Made by a program: the position numbers and the translations under genes. From contig OU015568.1 of NCBI GenBank assembly GCA_907165135.1, positions 2,170,001 through 2,234,000 of the forward strand: a stretch of DNA of 64,000 nt. The letters run 5' to 3'. The DNA is from Oikopleura dioica. Its lineage: Eukaryota; Animalia; Chordata. This document shows, piece by piece, positions 48,716 through 64,000 of the stretch (positions within the stretch are counted from its first letter, which is position 1; the number at the start of each line of letters is the position of its first letter). Below the pieces are notes generated by a model, which was not told the DNA's origin, searched no databases, and worked only from the letters and a program-made list of their open reading frames with translations.

Positions 48716-51349
48716 ATGAAAGACATAAAAATCCGTCGCCTTGATATCAAACAAGAAAAGCTGGATGAACAGCTTCTTTCACGTCTTGTTGAAGAGGGGC
48801 AGCCAGTGATTCTCGAAAATACAGCGGGGCTGGATATGACAGAGAACTGGACGCTCGATGAACTTTGCGAAAAGATGAAAGATACTTCCTTATCAATTCA
48901 TAAAGGAGGCGATTTGACTCTGGATTTCAGAACAAAGGTATTGTCTTCAATAGACACAATCACAGGGTTGTCTTTATAGTTAGCTGCTTGTATCTTCCTT
49001 CAAAAGTGCGGAATCACAGTCAGTTTAAATACAGCTCTGATTTTTGTTTGCTTCGTACAGGATATCGTGGCATTCCTTCCAATATTTCCTTCCAAACCAG
49101 GGTTCGGTAATTTGAGCTCAAGCTAAAACTCATTTTGGCTAGACGCTCAAATTTCCTCAAATTGAGAACTCAAAATGGCTTGAGAAATCATTTTGAGAAG
49201 ATTTGAGAGTTTTGAGAGTTTTGAGTTTTTGGGAGATTTGAGAGTTTTGAGTTTTCAAAACTCAAAATAAGCGAGCGCTTCCTTGATTGGCTCATGGATC
49301 GCCAGAATTGATTTTTCATCTCTGAGTTCTCAAAACTCAAATTAAAAAACATGAGTCTCAAGCTTTGTTTCCTTGAGTTTTAGCGTGAGCTCAAATTACC
49401 GAACCCTGTTCCAAACGTAAACGGGTCTTTTCGAAGCAGTTGGAATCTTCACAGAGAACCGACGTTTGTGGGCAATATATAGCTTGCAAGTCACTTGCTG
49501 ACCTGAACTTAGAATAAAAACTAGGTACAGTAGATACAGATGAGTCTGCTATCACCGTTATATAGTGTAATTAAATGAGTAAGTGGTTAAGCTATAGTTC
49601 CTCGGCTACGTACGAGGTGAGTAGTTGTTTGAGTCTACAGAGCTTGTAATCATTTTAAGAGTACAGTCCAAATGTGTAGTTTTTCATCGCTTGTTCAAAT
49701 TCAAAAAATTTCTGATTTTCTTTTATATTGAAAGAAATGTTCACAAAAGGAAATTCTGGCGTGAAATTGCCTCTACTAGGCATAGAAGTAGTAGCCCATT
49801 CAGGCCGCCGTCCTAGAAGTAGACCAGAAGGTGTCGTCACTCCATCATGAAGTGTGATTTCCCACTTTGAGTTCTGAGTCTTCTGACTAGAACAATTTTC
49901 AGATGACTTTAGTTTCGAGGCGAAATTTTGGACCAATCTTACCATATTCGACCGGCTTTGGTCATATTCTCGCTCTTGACAAATTGAACTTCGAAAAAAT
50001 ACTTAATAATTTCCACGTCGAAGTCGCAAGGAATAGAAGAGGAATAGAAAATAGTATAAAATATAAACTAAATAATAGTCAATCATTGTTTGAGCCGATT
50101 TTACCTCGTCCAAAGAATTGTAAAAACGAGGCTCGCCCCGATCTTTATACCAAAAGTCCTTCATATTTTCGCTAAAATTGATACGCTCGTTCGTTCCGTT
50201 TTTCAAAAGGCACCCCGTTTCTTTTATTATGTACATTTCAACTGGCTCAACTTCATTTGTTTTCTTCGATTTTTGGGTAAAAGCATGGACGGTGACGATA
50301 ATTGAAGCTCTTTCGACAAAGTTCTTTAAATTTCATAATACCAATTTCTTTTTGCAAGAGTACGACTAGCAAATGTAATTCATTTGTAGCATTAAGAACC
50401 TTTTATAAGTACAGCAGTGGAAACCAAAGCAATAAGAACCCGTTTTTTCTTTTCTCTCCGCATTTTGAGATCTCTTTCTGATTCCAAAAGATAAATTTAC
50501 ACTCACAAAATGATTATCCTGACACGCCCGAGTGGAGTTCCATCAGATTGCCCTCATCCGATGCTAATAATACTTTCAGAACTTCGAATACGCAAATGAA
50601 TACCCTGCAGAAGATTTTCTCCGCGAAGTTGCTGCTGGAGAAGTCCGGTATCTCCGCTCCGTCAGCGCGCGACGCAAAGATCTGCCCGATTTTGAAAAGG
50701 ACTTTCCCACCCTTTCTGCTGACATTTCCGAAGCGCTTTTCCGACCCGACCGACAGCACTCACAGATCCTGAGGATCTCCCCAAAGAACCTGGAAATCTG
50801 GCTGCACTACGACACTCTTGATAATTTTCTGACGCAAACTGTTGGTGAAAAAGAAGTGCTTCTCTTTCCTCCAAGCGATGCGAAAAATTTGTATCTTGAT
50901 GGGGATAAATCCGAGTGTATTGGACTCATTTCGCATTTGCAAGAAAATCAAGTCTGTTTTCCGGATCTGAAAAAAACAAATGCTTATCGGGAAGTTCTCA
51001 AGCCAGGAGATGTTCTGTTTATTCCTGCGCTTTGGTTTCATTGTACAAAGGCCCTTGTAAGTACCCTTTTCAAGGGTTGAAGAATAACCGCTTTTAGAAT
51101 TTTTCCGTATCTATCAACACATTCTTCAAATCTCTTCCTGACAAGATGTACGGCAAAGATCTCTACGGGAACCGCGATCCCCTGCCCGTCGAAGATGCGT
51201 CAAAGCATCTCCAAAAAGCTATCGCTGCTTTATCACAATTACCACAGTCATATCAAAGTTTTTACCTTCACAAATTGCTCTCACCTCACGCTGTAAGTAG
51301 TACCCTGACTTCTGATTCTGATAATAATAACTGCTCTTTTTCTAAATGA
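48716..51349 (+). CDS. TYW5: tRNA wybutosine-synthesizing protein 5 (JmjC hydroxylase)
   Basis: QPVILE, LDFRTK|NFEY, YLRSV, WLHYDTLDN, LYL.GDKSE, LKPGDVLFIPALWFH, KDLYGNRDP motifs; 1.6-kb first intron. Confidence 0.85.
49098..49408. mobile_element. hAT-type MITE in TYW5 intron 1
   Basis: Perfect 23-bp TIR CAGGGTTCGGTAATTTGAGCTCA; 8-bp TSD TTCCAAAC on both sides. Confidence 0.93.
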
Positions 51350-52575
51350 GAAATAAAACATGTAGTTTTATTTTTAGACCTCGAGAAAGGTTCTACTGTT
51401 CTTAAAATCATTGTTACAGTCTTTTCACGAGCCCTTTTTGTCGAAATCTGATTATGCTGGCGCTTGGTTTAATTTTTATTGGCATTTTATCTTTCTTTAT
51501 ACAGTTAATCTTCTGAATGCATATGATAGTCGTTTTCATCAGTTGCATTATTGTGGAATTCCATGTTATGCAGATATTGCTGGTACTGATCAACAAAGCA
51601 CAGGACAACGAAAAGAAGTACCATCGCAGCCGTCATCCCTTTCAATAATAAATCAGTTGTAAGACAAGGTAATCTCACCAATAATAAATTGTCTTCTGCG
51701 CGCAGTTGCTTTTTCTAGCGCTTCTCTTTTCTTCGTTTCTTTGGTCGATCTCTAAACACCCTTGTCACTAAGTTGGATTTTTAGATTGATACGTACGGGG
51801 GTTGATCCAACTCTTATCATAACTTTATCATTAGAATTCATTTTCTCTCCTGGTTTATCCCCTTTTTTCTCCGATTCATTGGTCTCTGGACCAAGTTTTG
51901 AGGCTGAGGAGTAGTTTGAGCCACTTCGACTTTTTTCCTGGACGATATCGCTTAATGTTGGTCCCGGTCGTCGAATAGATTTCTTCTGGAATCGTCCTTT
52001 TTCTCTTTCAAGGGGATGTTGGTCGCAATCATTTCTGGGGATTAAGTTTATATTCGAGCTTTCATCCCTTCTCTAACGCTTTGTGCTCTTCTTGGCGTTG
52101 TATTGAAGCAAGAATCTCTTTTCAAATGAAAACTCCGAGCTCTGGAAATGTAAGATTAATAAATCAACTCCTTTTCCCAATTTAAAATCTGATATGTCTC
52201 TCCATCAATTTTTCAAATGGCTACATGTGCAAACAAAGCAACCTGTAAAAACCAATTGTTGCTGCGGCAGCCATATCTTCCTTTGACCGCATCATTGTCA
52301 TAAAACTCATCCAAGAAAAAACTTTTTGGGTGAACTGTGATTTGATTATTTCCAGACGAGAAGGGAGTACACTCACTCGCTTGAATTTTTAAATGGATTG
52401 ATAAGTAGGCCTCTAAACAGGTTTTCAGAACATCTTTTGACTTTAATAGAGATCATGTACGGAAACAAACTCAAGGTAGGGTTGATTTTCGATGAATTTA
52501 TTTTTACAAATAAAAGTGTTTTTGATTTTACGTTTTTTTTACATAGAAAAGTGTTTTTGGATTCAGAGAGAGGAA

Positions 52576-53325
52576 TCAGTTATCACAGCTGAGTTCTCGG
52601 TTCTTTGGGAGCATCCATCCATTGGAGAATTTCTTGTGGTCTTCGTATCGGAAGCATTTGGCGAATCCACCAGCAGAGTATTCCTCAGGAGTGCCGGCAT
52701 TGCAAACGAACTGGCATCGGTTCATCTTTTCGAACTTTCTGACCTTGGCGCAGTTCCATTCTCCCTGGGAAGGCTCACTGACTTCATCGACGTTGGCAAC
52801 GAGCCAGGAAGAGTCGCAAGGATCGGCGACGACGGTGTCCTTGAAGCAGAAGGGGCAGAGATCGGCCTTGACAAGGTTGGATGGAGCGTCGGCTTCTTTG
52901 AACTCGATGTTGATGTCGATTCGTCGATCTCCAGGGTTGAAGGTGGATTGGAAGTCGACTCGCCAGACCTGGTTGCCGTCATCGTCTCGGTCTAGTTGGA
53001 CGACGTTGTCGCCGGGTCCGGCGACCTTGATGAAGGAAACATCATTGTCGAAAGCGAGGAAGACGTGATCGCGGTTATCCCAATAGTCACCGACGGCACC
53101 GATGGCGTTGAGGTTGACTTCAACTCGGATGTTGAAGCAATCCTTGCAGGTCCACGAGTTTGTTCTTTGAGATTTAATTTAATACTGCATTATTTTCTCT
53201 TTTTCTTACCGTGTGGTGTAGGTCAAGACATCCTTGCAGAAGTTTGGCTTGCCAACTTCAGCACACTCGGGGCTGGAAGTTCGAAGCATGGCGTTAGCCG
53301 ATGCGATAAGACCGAAAAGCTTCAT
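52576..53325 (-). CDS. Secreted Cys-containing extracellular protein, 2 exons (house/oikosin-like candidate)
   Basis: Signal peptide MKLFGLIASANA; one GT-AG intron; strongly C-ending codon usage; long open frame lacking its own start (missed by the ORF track), ending NRELSCDN*. Confidence 0.8.
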
Positions 53326-53589
53326 TATTTGAAATATATTTGATAAAAAGAAAGCTGATTTCTTTCTGCTATGTTGATCAAGCCCATCATGCTCGTATTT
53401 ATAGTACTTTTTCTGTTCGTGACCTCTCGGAGGGCGCGCAAGAGCGCCGCCCGATGCACCGCGTTTACGTCTCGTCTATCGACAATTGCTTTACGAATCA
53501 GCAAAATTACGAAAGATAACAAGATGTTGCGATCTTTGTAACACGGAATTTATTTTTAGACACAGAAATACGAAACGAGCTACAGGTGT

Positions 53590-53665
53590 CCGAGCGATAG
53601 TCATTCAAGCTGTCATCTCCCTGCTTATAGGGTTTGGAATCGGCCGTCATACAAGCAAATAACAA
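53590..53665 (-). promoter_or_regulatory. Candidate type II SECIS element in SELENOO 3' UTR
   Basis: ATGA-CGGCCGATTCC-AAA-CCCT(ATAAGC)AGGG-...-TGAA: quartet motifs, apical AAA and a 4-bp mini-helix; helix II imperfect. Confidence 0.6.
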
Positions 53666-53734
53666 ACGTATTCATGTTTGACATACGTTTTGCATATTCG
53701 CTGACTGGTGCTCAGAAAACACTGCAGAAACAAT

Positions 53735-59517
<5,783 letters not shown>

Positions 59518-60863
59518 GCCTTGAAACTCTCAAAATCATAAAAATCTAATAAAAAGAGTGAAATTGGCTTTCCAAATCTCTCGCGAGTCTATTGGCCAAA
59601 CACGCGTTACGTCATTTATCGAACATCAAAAATCCTTCATTCTAGTGCTTTTTGATGTTGAAAATGTCCCTTCATTTTTGTGCAATCGATATTTTCGCTT
59701 TGTCTTATTTGGAGGTTAAAATTCCTGTTTGTTGTTAGTCTTCCTCTGATCCTCTTTGCGTTTGAACTCACCGACATGTTTAGTAAATCTTGTCTTTATG
59801 GGCCGTCTGCTGATTTTCGCACAAACGTAAATCCTCAGAGTTCGTATGGCTTAACCCCAGCCACGTGATCCATATATCGTGGCCAAACATCTCCAACTTT
59901 AAGCATTATAAATTCTCTTCATCAGTAATCTTGTAAGCTCATATTTGTCTTCTATGACGCTTAAAATCGTCTCGAGGACATAATGAAAAAATTTTTTTCA
60001 AAAAAAGTCTCTAGAGCCGATGCTGATTTTAATAAATTTAACCATTCTTTTATTAACTTAAAATCGCCATTTAGGACGGATGGGTCCGAAAGCGCTGATA
60101 TTTTGGTAAGTTGTTTTTTTTTCAACGATAAATTTCAGATTGAGAAAAAAATGGCATGAGTTTCACCACTCCGATTCCAAAGGGCCAAGAAAAGAAAGCA
60201 TGAAGCGATCGACTTCTTCACTAACTACATTGCCAATGTAACATTGGCTAATACGCTGAAACTGTATTTCCTTGTGCATTGCACGACAATGCTGTTTCTC
60301 TACTCCTGAATAAAATCAATTTCTTTTCAAATAACTATATTTACTCGCTATATTTTTCCGCATAATTCGAAGCCAACATGAGTTTGGCGAGTCTGAACTG
60401 TAGTCGGGTTCAACCGCTTTTGCTATTTAAAGGCGAATATCATTTTATGTAAGGGCAGTTATAATGTGGCTTCGCGCAGTTAATCCATTTACGTTACGAT
60501 AACCAAAGAAACTTTTACATCAGCTGGCGGTTTCGACTCGTCTGTTCAATTTTTCGCCGAAAGAGAAAATAGAATATTTCGAATTCGAGGATGGCAATAC
60601 CAAGCGAGGTAGAAAATCAAATTTTTTGCTTTTGCTTGCTATCACCTATTAAAAAAATTGTTATAAGATAAATTTTCTATCGTGCATAAGTGATAAAAGT
60701 GCTGAGACCATCCTCTCTCATCGGCATACGCATGGAAAAGGGAGAGCAAAGATCACAAATGCTGAAGCTTTGCTTGCAAGTCTCTTTCCACCTAGCATCT
60801 TAGCTTATTTTATTTTAGAGCAATTCTACACCTAATTCCTTTCCGACACGAAATTCGACCCTT

Positions 60864-61836
60864 ATGCTTCAAGAGTTAGTTCTGCCACCTTTCGACAAGT
60901 GGCAGATTTTCATTTTTGCGGTCTTGGTTTTCACCTTTAGCTGGCATGGTAATTAAGAAAGAGTCTTCTCAGTTCACCTCTGACATTTGTACAGTTGTAA
61001 TAATCATCTGGCCCATGTGGGCGAAGAGTAACGATGTAACGTCGCCGCCCGTGATGGTCGAATACATGTACAGGGGCATTTGGGTTCAGTGCTCGACCCA
61101 CACTGCTGGCATCTTCAGCTGCGACAATTTCATGCGCCCGATTTTTTCACTCTCTTCATTGGCGATTGTTCAACGGTGTTTTGCTGTGATGTCGCTGGCT
61201 TGCTGCTCTGGCACGCTCATTTTGATGATTATTGGAATGGAGTGCACCAAATTTTATCTAAAAAATCCAGCAAAAAAAGTGTTTTTGATGAAAATTGCAG
61301 CGTTGGTTCTATTTATCGGCTCGTTTTTATTGCTCCTTACTGCTTCAATTTACGGTAAAAAAGCTTAGGAGCAAGATTTTAACAAAAATTCAAGCTGCTT
61401 CTTTATCCCAACAATTCAACAACTCGATGTTCTATTCGAGCGCTCTCGGATCGCTTTTTGGCGGAAAATCTAATTACGACGCTGATTTGATACGATATGA
61501 GCTCGGAGCATGCCTGTATATTGGATGGATAATTTGTTTTTTCGAATTTGTTCTTGCAATCGCGATCTATTTCAACCGAGGATTTCAGGTTGTTTTCTTC
61601 CTTGATTTCAAAATAGCAACAGCTTTCAGTATGCTCGAGATGATCCGTTTTCGCCTGAAAAGACGGATGAAAATAACTACAGCAAACTTGTAAAACGACT
61701 TGAAGAGTACGACCAAATTATGCAAGCGGCAGATTATGATGTCAATGTCGTTCGCTCTACGATTAGAAAATCTCAACGACAGGCTGCCCCTGGAACCATG
61801 AAGCAAAATAGACTTTTCAATGCTTACTATGGATGA
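60864..61836 (+). CDS. Claudin
   Basis: TM1 then PMW, GIWVQC-x8-C extracellular-loop signature, GMECTK, YELGACLYIGW; three short GT-AG introns. Confidence 0.88.
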
Positions 61837-62148
61837 AGTAAATCACACAAAAATTGCCTCTTCTTTTGCTTCCTTTTGTAATTTTTCACTATAAGGAGAA
61901 CTAGAACTTCAAGCTCTGATGAGTTTTTTCTTACTTGGGGATTCCAATCTGCTTCATAATAGAGTCACTTCCACGCTCATCCCTCACAAGTACGATAGTA
62001 AACTAGACAACATGTCTCTTGAGAGTCCGAGCTTCTTTTTGAAAGACGGGCACCGTGCATAACTTGTGAAAAAACTCAATTATGCGTAAAAAATAAATAT
62101 CATTTTGGCTTTCCAAAAAAAAATTCAGATTGAACAAGCCAGGTCCAA

Positions 62149-62222
62149 GTCTCTGTGGCGCAATCGGTTAGCGCGTTCGACTGTTAATCGAAAGGTTGGT
62201 GGTTCGAGCCCACCCAGGGACG
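62149..62222 (+). tRNA. tRNA-Asn (GTT)
   Basis: GTCTCTGTGGCGCAATCGGTTAGCGCG...CTGTTAA...GGTTCGAGCCCACCCAGGGACG: canonical cloverleaf with A and B boxes. Confidence 0.96.
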
Positions 62223-62447
62223 CGATTTTGGAAAATTCATTGCATGAAAGTTTTATTCTTAGAAATTTATTATGAAAAACTTTTGATTAATTCGTGTATG
62301 TACAGAAATTAAACCATGGTTGCAGTAATTGTTCTCGAGAAAAATGAAAAATGGGTAAACAAAAAGTATAAAAAAGAAGGTGTCTGGTATAAATCGACTC
62401 AAGGATTTTACCAATAAAAGCCCGAAAATAGGGAGTTAGAAGATGTT

Positions 62448-63506
62448 TTAGCAGCTTTCGCCGATGAGGACCAAAGAGCCGGAATTGCAGCATTGCTTCT
62501 CGTCGGTGTTGAAGACCTTGTCGACGCAGCAGTCACGACCGCCGTTCTGAAACGGGTTGGAAAGGGCTCAGGCGGTTTAAAATACCTTGTCGTGGTAAGG
62601 GAATCGATTAGGATAGTCGCCGCAGCACTGGAGTTCTCCTCGGATGCCAGTTCCGTTTGGTGGGGAGGAAGGAAGGCATTCATCCTCGAATTCGAATCCT
62701 CGAAGGGAAGAATGGGCGGTTTCGAAGAGGTCGAAATTAGCAGCGAGCTCGAAAGCAAGCTCGTCATCGCAGGTGCACAATTTTGTGCCGCAAGCTAGAT
62801 TTTTACGTTAGAAAAAGAAGGTTTCTTAAAAAACTTACGTCCGTTGCCGCCGCACTTGACTCTTCCAGTTCCGGAGTCGAATGAGATTTCGTATCGGCCG
62901 TTCTCCCAGTTGCAAGCGAGTTGTTCGCCCTCGACATTTACTGTGCTTCCGCTTTGGTCGTGGGCAACGCACTGGGTGCATCGTTGATATCGCTGGCAAA
63001 TCCTTAAATTTTCTGTGAGGAAAAAGGCTCGTAGCGATTAATGGTCTTACTCATCGAGTCCGTCAACAGGAGTTCCAAGTCCAACTCTTCGGGTCTCGAG
63101 AAGTTGGCAGAAGCATCCGTAGTTGAGCATTTGTGGAGCTCGATTAGTATTGTGCCCCGCATCGTCCAAGTAGAATTCAAGAAGCAGCTGGATCAAGAGA
63201 GCATTTCCATCAGAGCGGGCGCCTTTGGTGATTTCGTTTTGGGCAGATACAACTTGTCGGTTGAGGTCAGCGACTGAAAGAATTTTTTAATGACGAATTT
63301 TTTTTTTCGGAATCAACACAATGATTCCCTTATTCTTTTTTGATTTATCTTTGTTTTTATTCTGAAATTGCTTTTTGAAAGCCTTAATTGCTATTAATAA
63401 ATTGTCTTCTCAAAATTTTTTTAAAAAATATTTTCAATCTCTATTTTTGAAGCTACTCACCACTGGCGGCCTGGGAGACAGCGAGGAGAACAGCAGAGAA
63501 TTTCAT
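62448..63506 (-). CDS. Secreted phospholipase A2-like protein lacking catalytic residues, 5 exons
   Basis: Signal peptide; LNYGCFC...GLGTPVDGLDEICQRYQRC, LCTCD..LAF, then a Cys-rich tail CCGDYPNRFPY...DCC...CC. Confidence 0.85.
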
Positions 63507-63735
63507 TGTTTGAAAAAAATAGAAAAATGAGAAATGGAAGAAAAAATAGAAAATATAGTTTTTATTAGAAACTGATCGTTTTGATGATGAATGAGGAGGG
63601 CCACGGGTGCTTTTATATTTCAAGTCCGACAGCGGTCGGGGGAGGCTGTCAATTTTTGAATGCGAAATTTTGCGGCTGACCAAAGCGGCGAAAATTGACT
63701 CGCGCAAGGTTAGCTAATATTTTTTTTGCAAGGCG

Positions 63736-63978
63736 AACATCTCAGAAAGCAGCTCAGGATTTCCGATCTACATTTTAATGACCTATTCAGTCAAGCGGTC
63801 CTCCAGAAGATATATCAAGAGGGAATTTGTTGAAGAAAACAGCTATGAGAATAAAATTGCTTTACTGGAGTTTTTACGCGAAAAACTGGATTTATTTGAA
63901 GAAAAAAATATAGCAAAGCGAAACAACGAAAAAAAATTACGACAAATTCAAAGAGCAAATTCAAAAAACTTCTTGTGA
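63736..63978 (+). CDS. Small ORF/exon with dibasic sites and CRF/diuretic-hormone-like motif
   Basis: TTTGCAAG acceptor, frame ANISESSSGFPIYILMTYSVKRSSRRYIKR-EFVEE...LEFLREKLDL...RQIQRANSKNFL*; no upstream signal exon found. Confidence 0.35.
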   Translation, partial: NISESSSGFPIYILMTYSVKRSSRRYIKREFVEENSYENKIALLEFLREKLDLFEEKNIAKRNNEKKLRQIQRANSKNFL

Positions 63979-64000
63979 CTCCATTTTCGTTTCCAAAGTC

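Noticed and set aside
51370-52400. Possible minus-strand membrane-protein gene fragments
   Set aside because: Coding-like stretches are present, but I could not join the frames into a model, so it is not reported as a feature.
52492-53343. Plus-strand ORFs 52492-52995, 52622-53068, 52996-53343
   Set aside because: Antisense shadows of the C-biased minus-strand secreted gene.

Overview
Eukaryotic genomic DNA, inferred to be a larvacean tunicate (Oikopleura-like): compact genes, many ~35-60 nt introns, abundant GA-AG introns and dense MITEs. About 20 spliced genes were reconstructed by hand. They include a secreted single-domain ACE, three paralogs of a Cys-rich secreted family, a divergent cyclin-fold gene, two CAP-superfamily genes, CPT2, MFSD10, PISD, TYW5, SELENOO (in-frame UGA-Sec plus candidate SECIS), a claudin, a catalytically dead sPLA2-like gene, a tRNA-Asn and several orphan secreted proteins. 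Mobile DNA includes a 5'-truncated Penelope-like retroelement with inverted pseudo-LTRs carrying hammerhead ribozymes, at least four hAT-type MITEs with 8-bp TSDs, other MITEs and a dispersed nested-palindrome repeat. The strongest unexplained signal is in the introns. All 11 GA-AG introns I could reconstruct (CPT2 x4, MFSD10 x3, PISD x1, SELENOO x3) have short complementary ends in a nearly fixed register (intron nt i pairs with nt -(i+4), range +3 to +6), and 10 of the 11 have A-rich acceptors lacking a polypyrimidine tract, suggesting structure-guided splicing. Other leads are exactly 30-bp-spaced CCAAT doublets (four pairs) and a CRF/diuretic-hormone-like peptide ORF at the right end. All exon structures and homologies are manual, from recalled family motifs; no database searches were run.
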